A model generated the notes under the pieces. It saw only the letters and a program-made list of their open reading frames with translations, made no database searches and was not told the origin of the DNA. A stretch of DNA of 64,000 bases from Desulfonatronospira sp. (GTDB lineage Bacteria; Desulfobacterota; Desulfovibrionia; Desulfovibrionales; Desulfonatronovibrionaceae): the NCBI GenBank assembly GCA_007125075.1, contig SLDX01000001.1, forward strand, positions 16,539 to 80,538, written 5' to 3'. Positions 28,501 to 35,963 of the stretch are shown piece by piece; within the stretch, counting starts at the first letter, position 1; each line of letters starts with the position of its first letter. The position numbers were made by a program, and so were the translations under genes.

Positions 28501-29023
28501 TGTTGGCATGAATATACCGCCCCTGAACATCCTTGTACCAGACCATGACCGGAACCGTATCCAGGATGACGGACATTTCCTTGCGAGTGGCCTCAAGCTC
28601 CAGCTCTGCCCTCTTTTTTTCGGTGATGTCTGAAACAAAGCCTTGATAACAAGCTATGTTTCCCTGGCTGTCCCTTATGGCCTGAATGCTTCTGAACCCC
28701 CAGAACAAAGAACCGTCCCTGCGAAGAAACCGGCATTCATGGTTGAGCATTTCTTCTGATTTTTCCAGAAGAAGATGCATTTTTTCTCTGTCCATCGGGT
28801 CGGCATAGAGCTGGTTGGGGATGTCTGTGACTGAATCGATCATTTCTTGAGGAGAATCATAGCCGAACATCCTGGCCAGAGCGGAATTGACCAGAACAAA
28901 GCGCCCGTCAGGGGTGGAAACTGATACGCCGATGGGGGCGTTATTCAGAATCTCCTGATAGTTGAGAATGCTTAAATCCATATTTTGACATCCGTCTTGC
29001 CGCAGCAAGCTCTCGTTAAGCAT
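25565..29023 (-). CDS. Multi-sensor sigma54 enhancer-binding protein (3 PAS, GAF, 2 PAS, AAA+, HTH)
   Basis: Repeated PAS starts (ILNNAPIG, ILDTVPVM, LVENLPIM, VNEGIPGA, ILDNANSN) with DITE-type ends; GAF (VDRAYIF...THEWCAEG); intact GETGTGKE/GAFTGA/DEIG; GGAGG RBS. Confidence 0.92.
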   Translation of the reverse strand: MLNESLLRQDGCQNMDLSILNYQEILNNAPIGVSVSTPDGRFVLVNSALARMFGYDSPQEMIDSVTDIPNQLYADPMDREKMHLLLEKSEEMLNHECRFLRRDGSLFWGFRSIQAIRDSQGNIACYQGFVSDITEKKRAELELEATRKEMSVILDTVPVMVWYKDVQGRYIHANRLFCKTVGIELKDLKGRTDFDINSKCVARKCSQDDQKVITSGRPLKNISERHKKSAGQLGWSLTEKFPCRDDQGGITGTIGFALDVTEAKRTEKDLRESEKRFQTLVENLPIMINAGTKEGLFTYWNKACEEITGYSSREIIGNPEAMSILYPESDLGEQILSEWKKELSFKNRELALTARDGSVRHILWSNLPPEITFSGIDTWAVGVDVTESRQAETKMREYEALQRLLMNLATGFINISLEEVDKALNEMLETIGMFTRVDRAYIFMHDHVRQITRNTHEWCAEGVCSEIESLQEIPFSFFSEILEVLQKNKAFYIHDLAEISGNVDLRSHLQDQGIKSIVNIPLMHKGINSGFVGFDIIQENRSFAESEIGLLKVLAEIVSNVMARLDAEEKLRNSEKFLRDVNEGIPGAVFQFLMEDSGNQSIEYISSGIEEIYGKPALDIDMPLTLERIVNKVHPEDRDEFMASIHESATTLKPWEQELRIFTPEGKTKWVHAHSSPNKVHERCIVWNGVMMDITERKQAESRIREAHQTLLAILDNANSNIYVADMQSHEILFTNEAVRKTHGNVVGQKCWAVFQADQSGPCSFCTNSRLIDDQGRSTGFYHWECQNTKTKKWFDCQDIAIRWTDGHMVRLQAAIDITERKQAEEALRESRQRYEYLLESSTRKNSFHGIIGRSRKMQHIYAMLQQVAGVDTTVLITGETGTGKELIAEALHASSPRSNAPLIKVNCLTLSEELLDSELFGHVRGAFTGAYANKIGRVEAAEGGTLFLDEIGDLTGRIQLKLLRFLQEKEYERVGESKTRRADVRIVAATNADLAAKIEEGNFRRDLYYRLKVIHIRAPGLRERGEDIPMLIHHFCRHFAEKFDKPVRGVSTRTMRRLREHTWPGNVRELEHVLEHGTLLCPGGLIEPEHLPDEIFEVQESSRLQESVGKVDKESLADALRMAKGKKTEAARILGISRRTLYRKLHRYGLL

Positions 29024-29175
29024 CTTCAGCCTCCATGACTGTCGGGTCAGGGCTGGAAAGTTAATTTGAAATAAATTTTATAGATACTATAAATTATCAC
29101 AATCTATTACAACTGGCAATAAAAAACAAATATGGTTCATAAAACCGCAAGATCCTGCACTCATTCAAAACATGA

Positions 29176-30123
29176 TTAAAACCAGAAGCTCAGGACGTAG
29201 CGCCCGCCCGTGAAAACCAGAATAAAGGCCAGTATCCATTTTATCAGCTTGGCCGGAACAAATTTCTGGGTTCTGGCTCCGGCGTACATGCCGATCATCC
29301 CTCCGACGCCCATAAGCACTCCAAGCATCCAGTCCGGGGCCACGGCCATGTCCGGATAAAAAGGGGCCAGAAACTGGAAAAACAGGGCCGCCACCACTGA
29401 GGTAATAAATGTCCCCATGAGGCAGGCGCCGGCAATGGTATACACAGGGAGATGAAACACCGCCACAAAAAAAGGCGCGATTATGGCTCCGCCTCCGATA
29501 CCGTACATACCCCCCACAACTCCCACGATGGCGCTGAGAATGAATATGCCCATGGTGGGCGCGGTTATGTTTTCACCGTAAAAGGAATACTCAACAGATT
29601 TCAGGCCGAACTGATTAAGCTTCACTCTGGGTAAAGGTTCACGGGTGGCTGCGTCCATTTTGTGAAACCTGCTGACCAGTTCCTGGAACCGCCTTTCAGA
29701 GGAGGCCTTGTCAGTACCGGGGGGAGGACCTTTTATCAGGGACCGGACCATGACGTAACCGATATACAGAAGGACGACTCCGGCAAAGACACGGAAGTGG
29801 GTGGGGTCGGGAAGATATTGAATTCTGAAAAAAACGCCGATGAAAACCCCGGGCACTGTTCCGGCTATGACTATCCAGGTCAGGGGCCAGACCATTCGTC
29901 CCTCTTTGATATACCTGTAAACGCCGCTGGGTATGGCCACAATGTTGAACAGATGGTTGGTCGCGCTTACGGCCGGAGTGGTGAAGCCCAGAACGCTGAC
30001 CTGAAAGGGCAGAAGAAGATTGGCTCCGGACACGCCGCCCATACTGCACATAAAAGCCACAAAAAAACCCGCCACAAACGGAATCCAGGGAGCAACCTCG
30101 ATTTCTGCAACCGGGAAATACAT
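29176..30123 (-). CDS. TSUP (TauE/SafE) family anion permease/exporter
   Basis: SMGGVSGANLLLPF, GGMYGIGGGAIIAPF and GMYAGARTQKFVP; multiple TMs; GGAGG RBS. Confidence 0.85.
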   Translation of the reverse strand: MYFPVAEIEVAPWIPFVAGFFVAFMCSMGGVSGANLLLPFQVSVLGFTTPAVSATNHLFNIVAIPSGVYRYIKEGRMVWPLTWIVIAGTVPGVFIGVFFRIQYLPDPTHFRVFAGVVLLYIGYVMVRSLIKGPPPGTDKASSERRFQELVSRFHKMDAATREPLPRVKLNQFGLKSVEYSFYGENITAPTMGIFILSAIVGVVGGMYGIGGGAIIAPFFVAVFHLPVYTIAGACLMGTFITSVVAALFFQFLAPFYPDMAVAPDWMLGVLMGVGGMIGMYAGARTQKFVPAKLIKWILAFILVFTGGRYVLSFWF

Positions 30124-30200
30124 GTGTCCACCTCCTGGAGGTCAGCAGGCCTTGGGTTTAGGATGAATCTGTTTCAGGGGACAAAAAATTGGGGCTGAAT

Positions 30201-30236
30201 AAAAAAAAGGGGTTACGCCTAACGACATAACCCCTT
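30201..30236 (-). terminator. Intrinsic terminator after tRNA-Ala
   Basis: AAGGGGTTA...TAACCCCTT stem with a U8 tract on the minus strand. Confidence 0.8.
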
Positions 30237-30244
30237 GAAATTTC

Positions 30245-30320
<76 letters not shown>

Positions 30321-30333
30321 TTTGAAAAAAAAT

Positions 30334-30362
30334 TTTATACAGTTGATTTCCAAGACTGTCAA
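30334..30362 (-). promoter_or_regulatory. Sigma70 promoter of tRNA-Ala
   Basis: TTGACA-17 nt-TATAAA. Confidence 0.8.
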
Positions 30363-30393
30363 GCAACATCGTAGTTCACCGCTTCATTTTTTC

Positions 30394-30422
30394 TTGCCAA
30401 GCCTGAAAATTTAAGCTATGCT
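30394..30422 (+). promoter_or_regulatory. Probable sigma70 promoter of the adenylate cyclase gene
   Basis: TTGCCA-17 nt-TATGCT, divergent from the tRNA promoter. Confidence 0.55.
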
Positions 30423-30550
30423 AAAATAAAATCCAATAAATTTAATGTTGTACCAGCCCAAAGCACATCCTTAATTTGCTAAAAAAGCTGATAAGGACAT
30501 TCAGGTTATATTAGACATCTTCTTTTGTCCACAGGCAAGGAGGAGGGAGC

Positions 30551-32005
30551 ATGCGTCTGGGGTTAAAAATCTTTATACTTATGTTCGTTGTGGCCTTCAC
30601 TGTTTCCGGAGCAACCGGCTCATATTTTTATCTCCAATCCCGGGACACGATGCTGCAAACGGTCCAGAGCCAGCTTCTGACCGCTGCCGCATCTTATGCA
30701 GGACTTATTCCCGGAGACACCCTGCTGAAGCTTACCACTCCTGAAGACATGGATTCTTTAGAGTACAAACAGATCCAATCCATCCTTTATCAGATAACCC
30801 AGACCAACCAGGACTTTTTATTCGCCTACACCATGCGTCTCCAGGACGATCAGGTCCTTTTCGTGGTGGATTCTCCGCCCAGTGACGATACCGGGGACGG
30901 GATCATTTCCGAGGATGAAATGCCTGAACCCATCGGCGCGGTATATCCAGATCCTCCGCATACTCTGCTCAAGGGCTTTGCCCGTCCCAGCGTGGACGAC
31001 ACCATCTACGAAGACCAGTGGGGATGGACCATTTCAGGCTATGCACCTGTTCTTGATTCACAGGGAAGACATGTTGGCCTGCTTGGAATCGATATGTGTG
31101 CCGACCATCTCGGAGACAAGCTGGCCGACATCAGAAAAGCAGGCCTGCTGTCCCTGGCCGTATCCGGGCTGCTGGCTGTCTGTTTTACCATGGTTCTGGC
31201 CCGAAACATCACCAGGCCCATAAAAGAACTGCATTCAGGGTTCAGCAGGGTGGGCAACGGGGACCTCAGTGTGAGCATCCCGGTACAGGGCAGGGATGAA
31301 CTGGCTGATCTGGCCGGTCAGTTCAATGAAATGGTCAGCGAGTTGAAGGAAAAGCAGCTGCTGAAATCCAGCCTGGGCAAGGTGATGCACAAGGAAGTGG
31401 TTTCCAGGCTGCTCACCAATGACCTGAAGCTGGGCGGGGAGACGGCCCAGGCCAGCATTCTGTTCTGCGACCTGCGCGGTTTTACCGGGATAAGTGAAAA
31501 GCTGCCGCCCAAGATTCTGGTAAGTCTACTAAACGATTATTTTTCGCTCATGGTCAGGATTGTGGAAAAAAACGGAGGAATGGTGGATAAATTCATCGGA
31601 GACAAGTTAATGTCCGTTTTCGGCCATCCAAACCCTTTTCCAGGCTCCGCTGCCAGCGCCTTTCAGGCCGGCCTGGAGATGCTTGAGGCCTGCGATGACA
31701 TGAACGCAAGCCAGGGACTGCAAAAAGAGCTGCATCTGGAAAACAGCATAGGGCTGCACACTGGACTGGTCCTGGCCGGCAACATAGGCTCACCTGAGAG
31801 AATGGAATATACAGTCATTGGCGACGCGGTCAACACGGCTGCCAGGCTGGAGGCCAAGACCAGGCAGCTGAAGACCAGGCTGGCTGTCAGCTCCATCACA
31901 GTGCAGGAACTGGACTCTGTGCCGGAAAATCTCATCTACTGCGGAGAGGTGGATCTGGAGGGCAGAAGAGAAAAGCTTGGCGTATATACTTTGGCCGTCA
32001 GATAA
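30551..32005 (+). CDS. Membrane class III adenylate/guanylate cyclase (periplasmic Cache-like domain, HAMP)
   Basis: ILFCDLRGFT, VDKFIGDKLM, IGLHTGLVLAGNIGS and YTVIGDAVNTAARLE; Lys/Asp pattern of the ATP-specific type. Confidence 0.9.
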   Translation: MRLGLKIFILMFVVAFTVSGATGSYFYLQSRDTMLQTVQSQLLTAAASYAGLIPGDTLLKLTTPEDMDSLEYKQIQSILYQITQTNQDFLFAYTMRLQDDQVLFVVDSPPSDDTGDGIISEDEMPEPIGAVYPDPPHTLLKGFARPSVDDTIYEDQWGWTISGYAPVLDSQGRHVGLLGIDMCADHLGDKLADIRKAGLLSLAVSGLLAVCFTMVLARNITRPIKELHSGFSRVGNGDLSVSIPVQGRDELADLAGQFNEMVSELKEKQLLKSSLGKVMHKEVVSRLLTNDLKLGGETAQASILFCDLRGFTGISEKLPPKILVSLLNDYFSLMVRIVEKNGGMVDKFIGDKLMSVFGHPNPFPGSAASAFQAGLEMLEACDDMNASQGLQKELHLENSIGLHTGLVLAGNIGSPERMEYTVIGDAVNTAARLEAKTRQLKTRLAVSSITVQELDSVPENLIYCGEVDLEGRREKLGVYTLAVR

Positions 32006-32126
32006 ATTTTTTATGGATGCCGACCAGCCTTCAGTCCTTGCTCTTTGATTTTTTTAAAATCCAGGGCCGGACAAGCCTTCCAGTATGAGTATTGATCTGT
32101 TCTCCGGGAATGCTGGAGGCGCGGGC

Positions 32127-33554
32127 CTACAGCTTTTCCGGATTCAAGATATTGTGCGGGTCAAAAACCTTTTTAATCCCACGCATAAGCCTCAGTACTC
32201 CTGAACCCGGCTGGCTGGTTAAAAACGGCCTCTTGCTCAGGCCCACTCCATGCTCTCCGGAGATGCTGCCGTCAAGTTCGAGCACGAGTCTGAGCATTTC
32301 TCTTCTGCATCCAGCCACCTGGTTTTTCATACCCTGTATGCTGCCGTCATACATGAAATTAACGTGCAGGTTGCCGTCGCCGACGTGGCCGAAGACAAGC
32401 ACCGGCAGAGAATAATCATCTGCAATACTTCGAATTCCCTGAACTGCATTAAGTATCCTGCTCCTGGGCACACAGACGTCGTCGCTGCACTTGTCCGGGC
32501 CCAGGCGGAAAGAAGCTGGATTTATCAGTCTGCGCAGTTCCCAGATGTGCTCCTGCTCCTTCTGCCGGGCAATTTCCAGATGAAGCGTATCTGTAAGCTT
32601 CGAACAGACAAGACTTATTTCCTCCTTCACTTTGGCCTCAGTGCCGTCAACCTGTATAATCAGCGCCGCGCCGGCACTTTCAGGCCAGGGCATGCTCGCG
32701 TATCCGGAAAGACAGGATAAAACCTCGGCAGGCAAAAACTCCAGGGCCGCAGGCAGCATTCCGGTGGTAAACACTTTGTCCACAGCATCAAGGGCCTGGT
32801 TCTCTTCCGCAAAGCAAACCAGAATGGTCGCCGAACAAGGGGGCTGGGGCAAAAGCTTGAGCCAGGCTCCCACAATAACCCCCAGAGTTCCTTCCGCTCC
32901 CACAAGAAGTGAGGTCAGGTCATAGCCGACAACGTTTTTGTGCACCCGGCCCCCGGTGCGGATCAGTTCGCCTCCAGGCAAAACAACCTCTAGTCCCAGG
33001 ACGTAATCCCTGGTCACCCCGTACTTGACCGCATGCATGCCCCCGGCATTGGTGGAGATATTCCCGCCGATGGTGCATACGCGCAAACTTGCCGGATCAG
33101 GAGGATAAAAAAGGCTCTTTGCCCTGACAGCCTGCTGCAGTTCATATGTTATGACCCCGGGCTGGACATGCGCTGTGAAATCTCTTTGGTCCACAGACAA
33201 AATACTGTTCATTTTCAGGCAGGACATGACTATCCCGCCCATGTGAGGGACACAGGCCGAAACCACATTGGTTGCACTGGCCCTGGGAATTACTGGAACC
33301 CTTTCCTGTTCAGCCCAGTGCATGATCTGCTGTACCTGATCAACCGTCTGCGGCCGAACCACCGCCCAGGGCATGGCAAACCTTCCACCGGCATCCGTAC
33401 CGTATATAAGCTTTTCCTGGGGAGTCAGCAGCAGAGCGTCAAGGGGAAGTATACTTTTAAGAGTTTTGATCTGGGCTTTGGACAGGCCTGAAGATTTCAG
33501 GTTTTTAATAAGTGTTTTCATTTTTTCTGCGCACAAGCCAAAGAGCTTGATCAA
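32127..33554 (-). CDS. glcD: FAD-linked oxidase, GlcD / D-lactate dehydrogenase family
   Basis: YPPDPAS, TIGGNISTNAGG, KYGVTRDYVLGL, KNVVGYDL, GHVGDGNLH and SGEHGVG motifs. Confidence 0.82.
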   Translation of the reverse strand: MIKLFGLCAEKMKTLIKNLKSSGLSKAQIKTLKSILPLDALLLTPQEKLIYGTDAGGRFAMPWAVVRPQTVDQVQQIMHWAEQERVPVIPRASATNVVSACVPHMGGIVMSCLKMNSILSVDQRDFTAHVQPGVITYELQQAVRAKSLFYPPDPASLRVCTIGGNISTNAGGMHAVKYGVTRDYVLGLEVVLPGGELIRTGGRVHKNVVGYDLTSLLVGAEGTLGVIVGAWLKLLPQPPCSATILVCFAEENQALDAVDKVFTTGMLPAALEFLPAEVLSCLSGYASMPWPESAGAALIIQVDGTEAKVKEEISLVCSKLTDTLHLEIARQKEQEHIWELRRLINPASFRLGPDKCSDDVCVPRSRILNAVQGIRSIADDYSLPVLVFGHVGDGNLHVNFMYDGSIQGMKNQVAGCRREMLRLVLELDGSISGEHGVGLSKRPFLTSQPGSGVLRLMRGIKKVFDPHNILNPEKL

Positions 33555-33557
33555 AAA

Positions 33558-34025
33558 TTATTTATATCCGGATATCTCCCGGGCAGTATCCCTTTCCACT
33601 GCTTTGCGCTTGAGGGTCTCCCGGCGGTCGTGCACTTTCAGACCCCGGGCCAGAGCAAGCTCAACCTTGACTCTGCCCTGTTTGAAATACATTTTCAGAG
33701 GCACCACAGCCAGACCCTTCTGCTCCACCTTACCGGTCAAGACAGCAATTTCATCCTTATGCAGCAGAAGTTTTCTCGGGCGGACGGGATCATGCTGGGC
33801 GTAACCCGCATTTTCATAAGGAGCGATGTGCACATCAACCAGAAAGGCCTCGCCCTGCTCAAAGCGGACGTAACCTTCCTTGAAACTGACCCTGCCGGCC
33901 CTGAGCGATTTGACCTCGGATCCGGTCAGAACTATTCCCGCCTCCAGTGTTTCCAGAATTTCAAAGAAATGGCGGATTTTTCTGTTTACCGCTATGGTTT
34001 TTATTCCCGGCTTTGTTCTGTTCAT
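33558..34025 (-). CDS. smpB: SsrA-binding protein
   Basis: NRKIRH, EAGIVLTGSEVKSLR, RPRKLLLH and KVHDRRE motifs. Confidence 0.96.
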   Translation of the reverse strand: MNRTKPGIKTIAVNRKIRHFFEILETLEAGIVLTGSEVKSLRAGRVSFKEGYVRFEQGEAFLVDVHIAPYENAGYAQHDPVRPRKLLLHKDEIAVLTGKVEQKGLAVVPLKMYFKQGRVKVELALARGLKVHDRRETLKRKAVERDTAREISGYK

Positions 34026-34027
34026 AT

Positions 34028-34624
34028 TTATTTCTTGTTCCTGCGTTCAACCCACCAGCACTTATCCTGCCCGGCGAACCACCAGTTGGTATGATCGCTC
34101 TTGACAATCTCCTCAGCCAGCCTGCGGCCGGGTTCGGTTTTCAGCCTGGCCAGGGCGCATTCCAGCCATTTGGTGGCGTATTTATTGCCCAGATCTTCCT
34201 GCTCCTTGAGAGTCAAAATCAGCTCCAGCTGATCAGCATCCTCGGCCAGCAAGGCTTCCAGGGTTCCGGCTTCGGCCAGCTCGTCGTGCAGAGGCATTAT
34301 ATCCGGAGCCAGACCGGTGTCCTTTAATGCGTCAGCCAGGGCGGAGCGGTCATCCGTGCTGTTGTACAAGCGGTTGACGTAGTTCATGTCCCCGACTCTT
34401 GATTCGTGCACATCGTGAAACAGACAAAGGTAGACGGTCTTTTCCCGGTTTGCTCCGGATATCTTGGCCAGTATAAATCCGATTACAGCAGTGCGGAAAC
34501 TGTGTTCAGCCACGTTTTCCGATCCACTGCCCAAAAACTGAAAACCGGAGCGCGGAGTTTTTTTAAGCATTCCCACTTCATGCAGAAAATCAACAGTTTT
34601 AGCCAGGTTAAGTTTTTCAGACAT
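34028..34624 (-). CDS. HD-domain hydrolase (YfbR/5'-deoxynucleotidase-like)
   Basis: LKKTPRSG, ENVAEHSFR, LFHDVHESRVGD and EDADQLE motifs. Confidence 0.85.
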   Translation of the reverse strand: MSEKLNLAKTVDFLHEVGMLKKTPRSGFQFLGSGSENVAEHSFRTAVIGFILAKISGANREKTVYLCLFHDVHESRVGDMNYVNRLYNSTDDRSALADALKDTGLAPDIMPLHDELAEAGTLEALLAEDADQLELILTLKEQEDLGNKYATKWLECALARLKTEPGRRLAEEIVKSDHTNWWFAGQDKCWWVERRNKK

Positions 34625-34645
34625 GAGTATAAGTTTTCCTATGGT

Positions 34646-34687
34646 TTAAGCAGCAACAGCAACAACAGCAACAAGAAATGGAAGCAT
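34646..34687 (-). repeat. GTT/GCT codon-like microsatellite forming a 13-codon mini-ORF (MLPFLVAVVAVAA*)
   Basis: ATG CTT CCA TTT CTT GTT GCT GTT GTT GCT GTT GCT GCT TAA between argJ and the HD gene. Confidence 0.5.
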
Positions 34688-34695
34688 GGGTCCGA

Positions 34696-35880
34696 TCAGC
34701 TGCGGTAATCGGCGTTGATGCGTACATATTCTTCGCTGAGATCCGAGGCCAGCAGCGTGTAGAAGCCCTGTCCCGCTCCCAGATCAATTTCCACCCGGAT
34801 ATCTTTTGGCTTCATCCCGGAGGCGACAACCCGGTCTATATCCAGATCAGCGGGCCTGCCTCCGGAAAAGATCTCATGTCCGGCCAGACTGAGACGCACT
34901 CCGAGAGGATCAAACCCGGCCCTGCTGCGGCCAAGGGCGGCCACAATCCTGCCCCAGTTGGGGTCTTGTCCGAACATGGCTGTTTTGACCAGGCAGGAAT
35001 TGCCCACTGCCCGGGCAGCGGCTTCAGCTTCTAACCGGTTCCTTGCCCCGGTGACGCAGATATGCATGACCTTGGTTCCCCCCTCTGCGTCGCAGACGAT
35101 CTGGTAGGCCAGATCCCCGCAGATATCCTCAAGAGTCCGGGCCACCTTTTCCTCTTCTTCCCGGCTGCCTGGACCGGCTTCAGAAGCTCCGTTGGCCAGG
35201 GCCAGTACACAGTCGTTGGTACTTGTGTCCCCGTCCACAGTGATGGCGTTAAAGCTGTCCCCGGCTGCTTTTAGCACCAGTTCAGACCATAAATCACCTG
35301 CAATCTCAATATCACTTATGATAAAGGCCAGCATTGTGGCCATGTTGGGGCAGATCATGCCCGCTCCTTTGGCCATGCCCATGAATCTGACTTTTCCTCC
35401 TTCGAGTTCAAGCTCCCTGGAGGATGTTTTGGGGAACTTATCCGTGGTCATAATCCCCCGGGCAGCCTCAATTGAACCGGTTTGCCCCAGAGTCTGCATC
35501 AGAAGGGGCAGTTTTTCGCTCCAGACATGCATGGGCATCCTGGCCCCGATAACTCCGGTGGAGGCCGGCAGGATTTCCCCGGCTGAAACATTAAGAAGCC
35601 CGGCTGCCACTTGCAGGGTCCTGCGGCAGTCCTCAAGACCTTCATCTCCTGTACAGGCATTGGCCTGGCCAGCATTGATCAGTACGGCTCTGAACCGGCT
35701 GGAGCTGCCGAGATTTTCTCTGGCCACCTGTACGGGTGCAGCCTGAAACACATTGGTGGTGAAAACCCCTGCTGCCCGGGCAGGCCTTTGGCTGTAGATC
35801 AGAACCAGGTCCGGACGGTTCGTGTACCTGAATCCGGCTTCCACCGCGCCAAGCTGAAATTCTTCAGGAATGTCACGCAT
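34696..35880 (-). CDS. argJ: Bifunctional ornithine acetyltransferase / N-acetylglutamate synthase
   Basis: GVFTTN, NAGQANACTG, STGVIG, IMTTD, AKGAGMICPNMATML, DGDTSTND, DAEGGTK and DPNWGR. Start set at ATG 35880. Confidence 0.95.
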   Translation of the reverse strand: MRDIPEEFQLGAVEAGFRYTNRPDLVLIYSQRPARAAGVFTTNVFQAAPVQVARENLGSSSRFRAVLINAGQANACTGDEGLEDCRRTLQVAAGLLNVSAGEILPASTGVIGARMPMHVWSEKLPLLMQTLGQTGSIEAARGIMTTDKFPKTSSRELELEGGKVRFMGMAKGAGMICPNMATMLAFIISDIEIAGDLWSELVLKAAGDSFNAITVDGDTSTNDCVLALANGASEAGPGSREEEEKVARTLEDICGDLAYQIVCDAEGGTKVMHICVTGARNRLEAEAAARAVGNSCLVKTAMFGQDPNWGRIVAALGRSRAGFDPLGVRLSLAGHEIFSGGRPADLDIDRVVASGMKPKDIRVEIDLGAGQGFYTLLASDLSEEYVRINADYRS

Positions 35881-35963
35881 GTTATGCTCGTGTGCTGATC
35901 GTTTATTCTCAAATTGCATATCCAAGGGCTTCGAACGCTTCACCAAAAAAGGGGCTGCCTTTC

